Source: Octopus vulgaris (lineage: Eukaryota). Taken from it: DNA of 64,000 nt. The notes below the pieces were generated by a model that had not been told where the DNA came from, did not search any database, and saw only the letters and a program-made list of their open reading frames with translations. The position numbers and the translations under genes are program-made. Numbering within the stretch: position 1 is the stretch's first letter; each line of letters starts with the position of its first letter. The stretch covers positions 46,872,001 to 46,936,000 of the forward strand of contig OX597823.1 in NCBI GenBank assembly GCA_951406725.2, in the 5' to 3' direction. Shown here one piece after another: positions 40,781-54,503 of the stretch.

Positions 40781-41820
40781 CTCGCGCAAACAGTAAAATA
40801 CACACACAAAAAAATAAATCTAACAGAACCTTGATAGAGATACGATTGCACAGTTTTGCAACAAAACCTTCCACTGACGTCCCAGACACTCAGCACGATG
40901 CCATTGTCTTCTAATTTTGCCAAAGACGGCATGAGACGGCAGAAATTGACATTACTATCATATTTCTAACAAAATTGGGATATAAAAATAACAGGATGTC
41001 TTTTGATGTTGGAAATAATAACTGAAAGCTGGAAGCTCATCTTTTAGATTTTCTCTTCTTTTTTTTTTTCATTAGATATTGGCTTTTATTTACAGCCTGT
41101 CACAACTTAACACAATAGTGTATACCCAATTATCAGTATATCTACATCTATAAATTATATGAGACTATATCTATGTCTATCTATTTATCTTTCACTGTCT
41201 CATTCTCTATGCTTCATGTCAGTGCGAGTGTGCATGGATCTGTGTGTGTGCGTGTGAACTTCTATATACATATGTTCGTGTGTAATTGTATATCCATACA
41301 AGTATGTATGTATCTATGTGTATATATATGTACCATATGGGTATTATCATGATTTTATAAACAGGGAGAACTGAAAACTAGTGTAAAATAGTTTGTTCTG
41401 GACCTTGGTAAAAATCTAAGTGTTATGTTTTCCGCGTTAATTAATATTCCCATTATCTACCCTAATTAACTTTGCTCACTGAATTTCAAAATGTTAATTA
41501 TCATTAAAATTAACAGCCTTACCAAATCTAATGGCCTTTTCAATTTCCATCCCGGCAAACCTTAAACATATTACAAGTACCTCTATCCAAGTATACCATC
41601 ATTTTTTTTTAGTCATAATAAACAAATCCATTCATGAATATATTTGTGTTCGATTAGACGATTGTATTGTAACCAGATTCTGTATCTAATGCAGTATTCT
41701 CTGGGTATCATATGTAATATCTACACTTATTTTACATAATTTCATGATATATTATATATACCTAAATGTCGAACAATGAGAATGCGTGCTCAACACTGCT
41801 TTGGTAGATGAAGTTTCTTC

Positions 41821-42061
41821 ATTTGTGCAGTAAGGCTAACATTGGTTTCATGTTAAGAAAATATCTTAATATCTTAATTTTTCAAGCCGATCACATGGAG
41901 GGATAATGTTCCTCTTCACTTTGGATAAAAACACGAGGACTCTCGTATTCTCATCCAAAATGAAGACGAACACCATCCCTCAATGTGATCGGCTTGAAAA
42001 ATTGTTAAGATATTAAGATATTTTCTTAACATGAAACCAATAGTAGCCTTAATACACAAAT
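41821..42061. mobile_element. Fold-back element with a U3-A8 variant HHR core
   Basis: Arms 41821-41937 and 41942-42061. GGC-TTGAAAA-ATTGTTAAGA...TCTTAACAT-GAAA-CCAATAG-TA-GCC. Confidence 0.75.
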
Positions 42062-42188
42062 ACACAAATATATATATCTCTATATACATACATACAAACA
42101 TACATACATACATGCATGCATGCATGCATACATACATACATACATACATGCATGCATGCATACATACATACATACATACATACATACA

Positions 42189-42220
<32 letters not shown>

Positions 42221-42230
42221 CATATATATA

Positions 42231-44945
42231 TTAGGGTTATGACTTTCCAGAAACTAATAATCCTATACTGTAATTCGATGGGAAACTAATAAGTATTTTG
42301 CTTTATTTCAAAGAAACGTCACCCCCAACTTAAATCGATCACCACTTTTGATCCAAATCATGCAAAATTCTAGGCTGGTTCATAACTCCTGCTCAAGTTT
42401 TTACTAAACTTGGTGCGCTGACTCAATGCAATGCAGAAATAATAAATCTGAAATTTCAGCTTTCTAGTTGAAGTAGTTTCGTAGTTATGGGCTTTTAAAT
42501 CTATAATCACTAAATGGCACTAGATTCTCACTTCACTATTTCGGCTGCCAAAATCCTTGTAAACGCAAGAGAGATGTAGAATAAAAATGTATTTATACAT
42601 TTTAAAGATTACTGAATTGAAATTGCTCTATGCAAAGGTTCAAATCTGGGTTGTTTTAAGACAGGCCACTGCAAGCATTCGATAACATACAAAAGTAGAA
42701 ACAATAAATATTTTTAACTTCCTAGGTTTCATTCCAATTTTAAATAACTGTATAAGAAAAAGAGCGCTGAAATTTAGCAAACTTTTTAACATAACAAAGA
42801 ATTATGTTTTGTTAGATAAAATAAATCGAAGCTCAAGTTACTCCTTCTTTTTACAAACATCATAAATATCTTAAAGGCACTTAATTGTCCGTTCTGCATT
42901 CTGATTTGTTCTGAGAATTTCCAGTTTTGGTGGTTCTCGACTCCAAAAGTTTTTTTATGGAGTTCAATGCTTTTTTATGAATTTGTAGGCTACCACATAA
43001 CTTCTGATAATTATGTGTATTGAAGAAAAAAATCTGCCCAGTTGTAAGAGATGAATCGACAAACATTGAGAAGCAATACTTTTTTCTCTGGTAGAAAAGT
43101 AAATGCCAAAAGAGCTAGTATTGCTCGAGAATTCCATCTTGCATTACTTAAGTTGGGTATTTTTTGTAACTTTGTAGTAGGAAATTTTCCGGTTTCTTCA
43201 AAGAAACGAAAAGTTCTGGTCAAATGAAATAGAAATTTCATGTCACCTCGCCACCCTGCTGATTCAGTAATCTTTTCTTCACCATTGTTGAAACCAGCCT
43301 GGGGTTTCTCGTAATTACTTAGAAGCTCTAGGATGAATGTATTTTCAATCCTGGGGGATGACTTTTTTCTCCAAGTTCGTTATCCAATACAACACGAAGA
43401 ACTCTATCAAGGATACGATGCTGACAACCAATAAATTGCGGTTCTTTCAAACCCTTTTGAGCAAATAGTCTTTGCAACTTAATGACAGTGCCATTTCTTT
43501 CCCAGTGTTCACACTCGTTGTATCAGCGACAATCATCTATTCACAGTTTCATAAATGGTATTCATCTAAAACAGATGTTATTCCTTTGACAACAGTATCG
43601 GCTTTTCCGTTTGATAATTGGAGTGCTTCTAACTTAAATTCTCCCTATTCATTCTTTAAAACTAGCACTTGATATTCTTGGTCATTAATACCTTTACTAT
43701 CAAAATAAAATTACCAGTTTCTAAATGAAGTGTTTTCTTCATTTTCCTTTTTAGTTTAACAGCTTCTTTGATAGTCGATGTGTAAATAACAGATTGGGAA
43801 GGAGTCTCGTTATTGATCCCATCTTGAGATAATTGTCGACAAACTGCTTTTTGGGTTGATAGCTTGGAAGATATTATTAACTTGGTTGCAGTCCCAGTTT
43901 TGCTATACTTCCTCCTTGTTTGTGTGGATTCTTCATCTGATTTTTCGGACCCTTGATATTGACTTTCAGTCTCTGCTTCAGACGTTGACGATGACACTGG
44001 AGTTGCTCTGGTTGAAGTTGGCATTAAGGACACTTATCTTTTTTTGGATGGATACGTAGTTTTGGAATTGGCTGCCTTTTCAGTTCCATACCCAACTTGT
44101 CCCTTGCTTTCAATTTACAGATAATATAACCTTATATCCTCACTGTACAACCATTCACCGTTTTCCTTTGTGATGTCACAAAGTCCTTTCAATGAATCGT
44201 ATTTTCCTCGTTTTACACATTTATCGTAGTTATTCAGCACTTTTTCTACAATTGCTTGTACATTTTGAATTTATAAATATGGGAAATTTAAGTTCTTTCG
44301 CCATAAAAAAAGTTACTTCTTTCGAAATTACCTTTGTCCTTTCTTTCCTTCCTTTAATGGTACCTCCAAGGAACAGGTAGCGAGCGACAATTTGAAGTTT
44401 TATTGGTATACTACAGTTGTTTTCCAAAGAATGCTCTTCTAGAGGAACAGGTCTTCTTTTCCTATGTGAGTCTTGAAATTACACGAGATTCTTTGTCCAG
44501 ATTTTTTGTTTCTTTGAGTGACACAAGCACTTCTCTTATGAGACATTATTTTAGATACTGTCTTTGGATAGTTGCACAAGCCTGATATTCTGAAAAACAG
44601 TTAATATAGTCAGAGTTTTTAGCGTCAAAGAAATAAAAAAGGAGAGAAAGAAGATATTTCCTAAAGTGGGGCCCAAGTGGTAACAAATTTGAGATGTACT
44701 GCTTCTGCTTTGCATTAAGTCAGCATACCAACTCTGGTAAAAAATGGTGTAGGCATTATGAACACCACCCCTAAAATTTTCCATGATTCGAGTCAAAAGT
44801 GGTGTTAAATTTCTACAGTTGGGAGCGATATATTTTTTTTAAAATTTAAAATAAAGGTTATTTTCCCAACTAACATAAAATTGTTCATCGACTTATGAAA
44901 CAGAATATTGTTTACTTGCCCCAAATCCAAAAGTCATAGCCCCAA
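42231..44945 (-). mobile_element. Decayed DNA transposon with TIRs, hATm-like
   Basis: TIR ttagggttatgacttt / aaagtcatagccccaa in TA-rich flanks. Fragmented transposase on the minus strand with VADTTSVNTGK, IGCQHRILDR and IPNLSNARWNSRA motifs. Confidence 0.75.
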
Positions 44946-45233
44946 TATATATGTGTGTATACATGCATATATAGCCTTCGCCCTAGCCCACCTATACACA
45001 CATACACACACACGCACACACTCACATACACACACACACGCACACACTCACATACACACCCTTGTCATCTCTCACACCGTTGCTACTGCTGTTGCCCCAG
45101 CTTTCGCCCAACATATACATACATACATACACACGCACACACTCACACACACACTCTCGCACACTGTTTGCTTACCTTCCTTCTTTTTCCGCTCTCTTTT
45201 CTTTGAAAACCCGCACTCTTTTCTTTCTCCTAT

Positions 45234-45268
45234 GTTTCCGACGAAGAGCTCCGCTCGAAACGTCATAC
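45234..45268 (+). ncRNA. Degenerate minimal hammerhead ribozyme
   Basis: GTTT-CCGACGA-A-GAGC-tcc-GCTC-GAAA-CG-TC-ATAC, followed by a tail of about 95 nt ending at (TA)n. Confidence 0.7.
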
Positions 45269-45358
45269 CCTCCTCCTTCCCTTTTTTCCTGAGCGCCTAA
45301 TAGTACTTTAATTGTTCCACCTCCTTGCGTTGTTGTCTTTTTTTTCTTGTTTGGATTA

Positions 45359-45462
<104 letters not shown>

Positions 45463-45663
45463 TACGTATAACGATATATATTGGCCTAGCTGTTAGGGTG
45501 CGTGTCTCCCCTTCATAAACATAAGGACACAGGAAATGTGTCAAAGCCGACAGGAAGCGTCGTAGCTTCCTAGGGCTAAATAGCGGTGAGGTGATTCCCT
45601 TTACGGGACTGTCATGTTAAGTTGACAGTATACAACCGCTCTATATATATATCGTTATACGTA

Positions 45664-45728
<65 letters not shown>

Positions 45729-45745
45729 CTCACTCTCTCTCTCTC

Positions 45746-45776
<31 letters not shown>

Positions 45777-45784
45777 TATCATTT

Positions 45785-46050
45785 ACTCGGCCGAACCATC
45801 AAGTAAAGAGAATGCAGGTACACCAACACCCGTTGTCAAGAAGTAGTGGAGGACAAACACAGACACAAACAAATGCGAGCTCGCACACACGCACTCACAC
45901 ATACACACGACGGGCATTTTTCAATTTCCGTCTACCAAATCGACTCACAAGGCTTTGTTGACTTCAAGCTATTATAGGAGACACTTGCCCAAGGTGCCAT
46001 TTAGTGGGTCTGAATCCGGAACCACGTGGCTGGAAAACAAGCTTATTAGC
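45785..46050 (-). mobile_element. SINE family A, diverged
   Basis: Body similarity. Confidence 0.75.
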
Positions 46051-46329
46051 CTTCAACTAGCTATGAACAGCTTATAGACATCGAGAAGCCTCATCTCAAA
46101 GGGCAGCTCAGGAGAACAAGGTGAGTGGCTACATGGCATTTAAAGCTAGGCCTGCTCTCTCTGAGAAGACAATATCAATACTAAGTAGAGTCCTTCGGGG
46201 AATTGTACTTTGAGTACTACTGTTCGTGATGGCTCTTTTGGTCCTGCTTTCAGCCATACAGTCAGCGACTCTCTCCAGCTATGCACGCGAAACAAAAGCA
46301 TCACAAATACTTAATGATCCTGTTGATAA

Positions 46330-46670
46330 CTGAAAATTACAGAATGAAAGACCTGAATGCAATATATAGATTGCCTGAGGAAAACAAATTGCTGTTCAAT
46401 GCTGAGTAATTAAAAGCTCTTTTCGATCAGCCCACAAACAGATTGCAAACAAAATAGAGAGGACCTGGGGATACTGTAATCCTAGAGTCAGGGTCGGTGT
46501 GTGACAACGGAATCCACATGAGTAGTGATGCATCACTTCGTGTAAATATTGCTAAGGTGACAACAATGTGTAGGCGATTGACTGTTTAAACTCTGAGATG
46601 ATTTAGAACATGGTAAAAGAAAACAAACGTTGTTTCCAATAGAGAACACTCGTTCTCAGTCACCTGGACA
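46330..46670 (+). pseudogene. CR1/L2-group LINE RT C-terminal remnant
   Basis: EDLGIL..., SSDASLRVNIAKVTTMCRRLT..LR.FRT..., RTLVLSHLD. Confidence 0.55.
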
Positions 46671-46830
46671 TTTAAGTACATAGAATTCTCTTGAAAACTG
46701 TTTTCTATTCTCTTCTATTTTTCTATATTCCTCTATGAAAATAGAAAGCTTACTTATATTTCAACTTAACACATTTCTGTGTCTGTGCAAGTATTTGGGT
46801 GTGCACAAAATAATTTGTGTGAGTGAATGA

Positions 46831-46894
<64 letters not shown>

Positions 46895-47064
46895 GTGTGT
46901 GTGTGTTTATTTAATGTGGTAGAGATATGACTTAGTGGATATAACATGTACTTCTTCGAAATGTCTTTCCGATTTCGATTTCACTATGAGGTATCTTAGA
47001 CAATTGCATTTTCCTTGTAGTCTCGAGTCCTTGTGAGTGCAACTGCGTAGAATGTTTTTTTTTT

Positions 47065-47457
47065 ATCTTTTATCCCGTATTTTTTCAGTCATCAGACAGC
47101 AGCCATGCTGGGGCATCGCCGTGAAGGATTTTATAGTCGAACGAATCAATCTTAGAACGTTTTCCCCTCTTACAGCTTGATACTTCCCTTTCGCCGAACC
47201 GCTAATTTATGGGGATGTAAACACACCAATTCCGATTGTCAAGTGGTATTGGGGTACAAACTTAGACACAAAGACACACACATATGTATATTTGACAGGC
47301 TTCTTTCAGTTTCCGTCAACCAAATCCACTCATACGGCTTTGGTCGGCCTGAGGCTATAGTAGAAGACACTTGCTCAAGGTGCCATGGAACGGGACTAAA
47401 CCAGGAACCATGTGGTTGGTAAGCAAATTTCTTAGTGCACAACCACGGCTGCGCCTG
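47065..47457 (-). mobile_element. SINE family A
   Basis: Head, body and tail present. Confidence 0.85.
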
Positions 47458-47594
47458 CATGGAAGCTCTGCCGATTTATCGCACCGCTACTTCATAGGGT
47501 CAGCTTCATCGCACATCTTGACACGTTGATTCTACTTCTGACTCTTACATTAAGGATATACATTATGCAGAATATTCAGTCGCTTGTGTCACCA

Positions 47595-48092
47595 CCATCG
47601 GTCATGAATGACCATGGGATTGCACCTAGAAAGTTACTCTCCGAGGCACAAGTCTGGGCAAGGTTGTTTATGGAAGACCAGCAGTCATCCACGCATACCA
47701 GCCTCCTCTCTCCACGCCACCGATGTTATCCAAGGGAAAAGCAAAGGCCGATACAGCTTGGCACCAGTGGCGTCGCAGCTCATTTATTAACGTGCAACTG
47801 GTAGAGCACTCCACAGACACGTGTACCCTTAACATAATTCTCGAGGAGATTCAGCGTGACACAGAGTGTGACAAGGCTGGCCCTTTGAAATACAGGTACA
47901 ACAGAAACAGGAAGAGTGAGAGAAATCTGTGGTGAAAGAGTTCAGCAGGGCTCACCCCACCTCACCCCTGCCGGAGCCTCGTGGAGCTTTAGATGTTTTT
48001 GCTCAATAAACACTAACAATGTCCGGTCTGGGAATCGAAACCGCGATCCTACGACTGCGAGCCCGCTGCCCTAACCACTGGGCCATTGCGCC
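47595..48092 (-). mobile_element. SINE family D body (47595-47788) joined to SINE family C (47785-48092)
   Basis: Similarity to 23310-23575 and 37685-38025; tRNA-like head gcaatggcccagtggttagggcagcg. Confidence 0.85.
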
Positions 48093-50274
48093 GCTTACGC
48101 TACAAATTATTAGGTAGGTCACTCAGTTGATCAAGCAATTAAAATGCTCATCGTCGAAACCGACTAAGATCCGTTTTTATTGTAGTTAACTTATATGTGC
48201 ACTGAGGAATCTATGCCTTGAGCCTCTCTGTGTTTTCTGCATTAGATTTTGTGCTTTCTGAAAAATAACAAATTCATTATAATAGCAGCATCTACGTTAA
48301 AAGTGCAACATTATATTGTCAGTTTCGATTTGAATTGTTTAGAAATATCGAATAGAAAAGAGAGAAAACTGAGGAAAACAAAAGTAACAGAACCGTGTAT
48401 ACCATTCATATATCCTATATATATTCATATATGCATGCACATACACAGACACACACACACGAATAGATACACACATAAACAAGCATGAGTAACATATATG
48501 TATGGTATGTATGCGCACATATGTGTGTGTATGTGTGTGAGTGCGTGTGTACAAACAAATATATACTTATACATATATATATATATATATATCGATATAT
48601 ATGCGTGCGTGTGTATGTGTGTGTGCGTGTGTGTACATTGTCCAAAGGAGTAATAATTCAAGAAAAAGAAAAATAGGATACTGAGAGAAAATGTTGAATG
48701 TTATTTTCAAAACCCTGTCTGGAATTATAAGATGCAATTCAAATATTTGCAGAAGGTCATCAAAGAATTTAGCAAGCTTCTATTTTGAGGGAAGTGTAAA
48801 CAATATCCTTCAGTGAATTTATTTTGTTCTCTTGCAGTTACCGAGTGCTCTCCTCGTTTCGTATTCATTTCAACGTACTATTGTCTTTGAGGTTCACCAA
48901 TAAATGTGAGAAGTAGGGTAGCTACAAATGTAGAGTATGAACTAAAGATTTTTGTCAACTTCAAAGAATTTGTTTCGCATAAATTTTGTTGGATTTCTTC
49001 TTAAACCGGTTTAAAAATCAGACGTTATTTTGAGTTCGTGACGTTTATTTTAAGCGACTATCGATAATTTAGCGACACAGAAAGTTCTTGATACTTTTAT
49101 CACGGCAACTACATATACTCATACATACATACACACGCATTCACCCAAACATATATGTACACACACTGAGAAATGAGGACATGCGTGCACACACATACTC
49201 AGTGTTGCTATGAATGAAATTTGAGAAGTATATTCATGCTTTCATAGGAAATATTCTGCAGCATGCCTATAAGTTTTAAATATGAATAATCTTCCATATA
49301 TTCATGTTCGAAAATTCTCATACTGTATATCAGTAAAGCTGTGTGCGTGCGTGTGTGTATGTGTGTATGTGTGTGTATCTGTGTGTGTGGTAAATGCCCC
49401 TTATTTTTACGCATGTTAGCATGATGCAGACATATAAGAGGATTTTTCAAGAGTTTTTATTTCTCGTTTACTTATATATTCTTTAACACACTTAATCAGT
49501 CCTAACTTATCGACTGAATACGTCTAATTAATAGTTAAATGTCATCTTGTTATCAGACTTACGAAGAGTCCATGGACAAATATGTCAGTTATCCTGACCA
49601 TTTAGTTGTAAATATGGATTACAGAGCACAGCTATAAAGGGAGAATATTCGGTGCAAAAATAACAGCTGTTTCGTTAGATTCCTAGATTGATTTTCAACC
49701 TCAAAGGAAGTTGTAGGACTGGACACCGATTATATGTTTATTCTTTCAGAGAAGTGACGAAATTATCGGAAATTATACAGCATGTAGACCTCTTTGTATG
49801 AGGTCAACTGGCGTAGTGAAACCAAAGAGCAGGGGCGGACCTAATTGGGGGCTGAGAGTCATGTGCCCCCCCCCCCCCCTCAAGAAAAGAAGTGCACTCT
49901 TCTAAATAATAGTATTACTCCCTTTTCTCCTGGAAGTGTATTCCCTTCTGACCTTGAGCTATCCCTTCGAAAAAATAAAAAAAACGCATTCAACGAAAAG
50001 ATTTTGATACGCTGGGCATCTTCTAATTTCTTAGTTTTTGATGAATTTAATATGACACGGATTAACAATAAAAATGAATATTCAACTAAATCTGTCTGTA
50101 TTTTATACTACTAAATTATTCATAACAACCTGTGACCTGTTGCCTCATATTTAATTCTATTTAAACAAATACCTATGTCTACAAATAAGAATATCATTTC
50201 ATATGACATGTCCGTCAATTTACGTAACCTTCCATATGCGCTTCTTTGGTCTCACCAAACCAGATGACCTCATA

Positions 50275-50590
50275 CTGGCAATCCGTCGGTCACGGCGACG
50301 AGAGTTCCACTTGATCTGATCAACGGAACAACCTGATCGTGAAATTAACGTGCAGATAGTTGAGCACTCTGCAGACACGTTTACCCTTAACCTACTCATC
50401 AAGAAGATTCAGCGTGCTACAGAGTGGGACAAGGCTGGCCTTTTGGAATGCAGGTACTACTCATATTTGCAACGTGAAATAAAATCTTTTGCTCAAGGAC
50501 ACATGCGACACCGATTTTCGAACCCAGGATCTTACGATCATGAGCCAAATACCTGAGCCGATTACCTTAACCACTAAGCCACGCCTCTTC
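50275..50590 (-). mobile_element. SINE with family D-like head and family C tail
   Basis: gtgaaataaaatcttttgctcaaggacac plus the family C 3' region. Confidence 0.7.
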
Positions 50591-51870
50591 ACCAGTTGAT
50601 CTCATACAAAGTAGTGTACAAGCCTTTTGACTTATTTTCATGACTAAGGTTGTCTATAATCCATTGAAACCCAACGATATAAGACGAAAACTAAGATGTT
50701 TAAACAAAAACAGCTGAGTGCCTGCTTCAAACGTGGTCAGTATTTTATCACTAAGGAATGTCATGCAACACAGTGGTGCACGAGTTCTAAACTGAAAGAA
50801 GATTATATTTTTTTGACTAAATTGTCGCTGTTGGACAGCGGGGAAGGAACTAAGCACGAAATTATAAATATTTTCTACTAATAAGAATTATTAACGTTTT
50901 TTTTTTTCGCTGTTACGGTTATTGAAACATTTTTGCGCACCATTGTAAGTTACTTGCCTTTCTAAGGCATTTTTATCACTTCTGGAGTATAAACTTTATG
51001 TTAGCAGCTGATTTACAGGAAACTGGTGAAACGATCTTTTGCGAGTCCGGACAGCAAAACTCCAGTTTCGATAAAGATCCACTGAATTTTACTTCTACTT
51101 GTTGCTCCAAAAAGAATATCAACAATAACGTGCAGAACAGTCAGGAAGTACAAGGCATTGGGCTATGCGAACGGTCTTCCGCTTTTAATTTTGGGGTTCA
51201 TATTAGTTTTTGATTAGTATCTCAATCTAACTACATCCATCGATATCTAACGATTTAGTGAGCAACCTTGAGTTACGGTCATCACAATACACAGCTAAAG
51301 TTTCCGGAACTACGAATGTCTATGAATTTTTATAGAGAAAACTGTAAACGGCTGAGTCATTGATAGACTTTTAACATAGAAAGTATACAGGCAAGTGTTG
51401 TAGAAAGGATAGAAAGGTTTACCAGTTCTTCTGAGAATTTACAGGCCTTTAATGAGTGTTCTTTTTATCCTTTAATTTTTCAGCTAACGGGAAAAACGAT
51501 GGGTAAAATTCTCCCAAATACACCCAAGTGAAGCACAGCTGCATAAAAAGAAACTCTTTTAGATGTTGATTTACTACAGAATTTTAAATTCTTGTCTAAC
51601 CCATTTGATGGAGTCTACTGTATAATTTTCTACTTGAAGATCAGTGTCAAAAATAAGAATCTTTTATGAATATTTCCAAAGTATCGGCCTGATCTGCGGC
51701 TGAAGTAACGCCTTGAATTTTGTTTTCTGATTCTTGTACAGATGGAAGAAATTCCAGTCATGAATGAATAGTGAATATATTGCTCTCAGCTGCAATAATT
51801 TTGGAGCGGCAGTCTAGCAGTGTAAGCTGAGATTCTAAAGAGATGTTATGTATCAGCCAACAAAAATTCA

Positions 51871-52125
51871 TAGTCAATTGTTCACAAACGGTGTGCTCGT
51901 AGTCAGTTATTTGCAAATGGCGTGTTTGTTGTCGTTCGCAAATAGCATGTTCATAGTCCGTTATTCGCAAATGACGTGCTTGTAGTCAATTGTTCACAAA
52001 TGGCGTGCTCGTAGTCAGATATTTGCAAATGGCATGTTCATAGTCCGTTATTCGCAAATGACGTGCTTGTAGTCAGTCGTTCGCAAATGGCGTGCTCTTA
52101 GTCAGTTCGCAAATGGCGTGCTTGT
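51871..52125. repeat. Minisatellite, about 9 units of about 29 bp
   Basis: Consensus gtagtcagttattcgcaaatggcgtgctc. Confidence 0.9.
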
Positions 52126-53193
52126 GCTATACTACAACTTTGCTGGACGACTGAATCAAGGCCTTTCTTTTTAAACCGGTTACGGTGTCATCATTGACGG
52201 TGTACCTAAAAATAATTTCAAAATTTTCTTTGGAAATGGAGTTTGCTAGGATTCGTTTGGATAGTAGTCACTCGTTCCTTCGAATGTAGCTTTACACCTG
52301 TCGTAACTGCTTCGTTCATTTGGTAAAGTAAGTGTTTGTTTGCATGTATTGCTGTTATTGTTTGAAGTGTTACCAACATTTTGTGTGTCACTGTTAATCT
52401 ACATAGAAATATCGATATGTTTGTCTTTTGTTGAATCTTGTGTATTTGTGCTGTTTATAATTTTCGCTTTCATTTCTTTTCGGTTGGAAAAGCATGTTTT
52501 ATTTATCAATATTTTTTTATGGTAGAAGTTTCCGTTTATTGTTGTAGATGAATTCTATTGTTTAAAAATCTCCGATGAGAAAATACAAAATATCAAAAAG
52601 AAAACAAATGCTTACCTCGTTTATTTTAGTTAAAAAGTAAAACCCATTTGTTTCAAGGCCCCATTGTATTCTAAATTTAAAGAGGGAAAAATGTACTATT
52701 CACTTTGAAATAGGTAAAATATCCTTTTATAAGCCTAACGGAAACCAAGAAAAAGAATCTTTTACCGCGAAAAGAAACAATATCTTATAATATACAAGTT
52801 AGATATTCAACAAATAAAATAATAATGATTCACATCAAGGTTTGCCTTCTTAAGCAAGGATGAGAAAATACTAACTAGGATAGATAACTAGCTTCTAAAA
52901 CCGGATGCGTATCACTTCCACCATCACTGGAATTGTGACCAATGTTACCCTGGAGTCTAGGGTTTGTTTGTTTTTATTTTGTTTTGTGCTGTCTTTTCTT
53001 CACCGTCTTCCCTTTCTTCCTCTACTTCGGTTACTCAGGAAAAAAACACTTCAGATGGTACTTGCTTTCATAACTATCACTAAAGGGATGCACTGGAAGG
53101 TACTACGCCCTCAGTATTCAATGGTGTACCCTCAGATTTAGAAAATACATTATTTACATTTGATGGATATTTGTCCTCAACTTGCTTATTGTT

Positions 53194-53239
53194 AACACAA
53201 CGTTTCGGCTGATATACCCTCCAGCCTTCATTAGGTGTC
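53194..53239 (-). ncRNA. Minimal hammerhead ribozyme with a G5A mutation
   Basis: GACAC-CTAATGA-A-GGCTG...CAGCC-GAAA-CG-TT-GTGTT. Confidence 0.75.
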
Positions 53240-53473
53240 TTGGGGAAATTTCGAACCTAGGTTCTCATTCTTAAGGTATATTCTGATATTTTTTTTTTTT
53301 CCTTCTTTCTTCAAATTTTCTTCCCTTTCTCGCCGAGTGTTTTCCTTACACCTAGGGCAGAGAATCTCATTGTATGCATTCCCAGATTACACACGCAAAT
53401 TCACAGGTAAGGTATGTATTAAAAAAATTAATAAATAAATAAATTCATGAATGGATGATGTTTTCACAACGAT

Positions 53474-53520
53474 AATGCTCTGATGAAGGCTGGAGGATAT
53501 ATCAGCCGAAACGTTGTGTT
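53474..53520 (+). ncRNA. Minimal hammerhead ribozyme with intact core and altered helix I 5' strand
   Basis: CTGATGA(53480)-A-GGCTG-gaggatatat-CAGCC-GAAA-CG-TT-GTGTT. Confidence 0.8.
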
Positions 53521-54002
53521 AACAACAAACAACATGAGGACAAATATCCGTCCAATGTAAATAACGTAAATAATGTACATAATTCCTCATCTCTTAAATA
53601 TAGAACCGTATTAGAAAATATAATTTACAAGTCTTCTCGCAGCACGTTTCTTGAAGCCTGACTAACTTTTCTTCTTAAGCTATGCCCGCCGCTAAGTGGG
53701 TACACTGGATGGCACTGTCCCCTCATTATTCAATGGCACACCTTCAGATTTAGAGAGAATCTTCCCGCAATGCAGATTAGTGTTCACTCCACCATACACC
53801 AAAGTCTGGTGACGGGCCTGCTTCTGCTATTCATTCTGCAACACGACTTTCATGGTTTACATTGTTGTCTGGATACTCTGGTATAGCTCTGTAGTTTTTT
53901 GCTTTGTTTTGTCTTGTTTATTTTTAAGAGGACAAAACTAAAAGCAAGTCAGCAATCAACACCATGGCTAATACTTCTTATCACCATCCAATATTCGTTC
54001 AG

Positions 54003-54156
54003 AGTAGGAGTGGCTGTGTAGTAAGTAGCTTGCTTACCAACCACATGGTTCAGTGCCACTGCGTGGCACCTTGGGCAGGTGTCTTCTACTATAGCCTCGG
54101 GCCGACCAAAGCCTTGTGAGTGGATTTGGTAGACGGAAACTGAAAGAAGCCCGTCG

Positions 54157-54230
<74 letters not shown>

Positions 54231-54320
54231 TGTATGTATGTATGTATGTGTGCGTATGTGTTTCTGTGTGCCTGTGTTTGTACCCCCGCCATCGCTTGAC
54301 AACCGATACTGGTGTGTTTA
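54003..54320 (+). mobile_element. SINE family A, 3' truncated
   Basis: Head and body present. Confidence 0.88.
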
Positions 54321-54503
54321 TTCGAACCCGTAAGAAAGAACCTGTATTTTGTCATGGAGAAAATTTTTCGCTATAGACAAATAGGTGTAGAGCGACCCCT
54401 AACCATGACTTTCTCATGGGTTCGACTATGCCTGAAGCACATTTGAACTGGTAGCAAGTTTGTATTTATACACATTATTGCTTAGTGCTGTAACCGTGTA
54501 ACT

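Larger units (their letters stand above)
53148..53610. mobile_element. Penelope-like insert with inverted HHR-bearing ends and a 10-bp TSD
   Basis: 53148-53234 is inverted relative to 53480-53568. ttagaaaata flanks both sides (53138-53147, 53611-53620). Confidence 0.85.

Noticed and set aside
47990-48092. tRNA gene
   Set aside because: The tRNA-like head continues into a multi-copy SINE body.
48196-48255. CTGAGGA-ATCTA...TAGAT stem
   Set aside because: No GAAA box after the stem.
50650-51850. Possible hAT transposase remnant (HCVA and YNGA on the minus strand)
   Set aside because: Only two short motif hints; cannot be supported without a search.
51871-52125. CRISPR-like periodicity
   Set aside because: Head-to-tail units without unique spacers, no cas genes, eukaryotic context.
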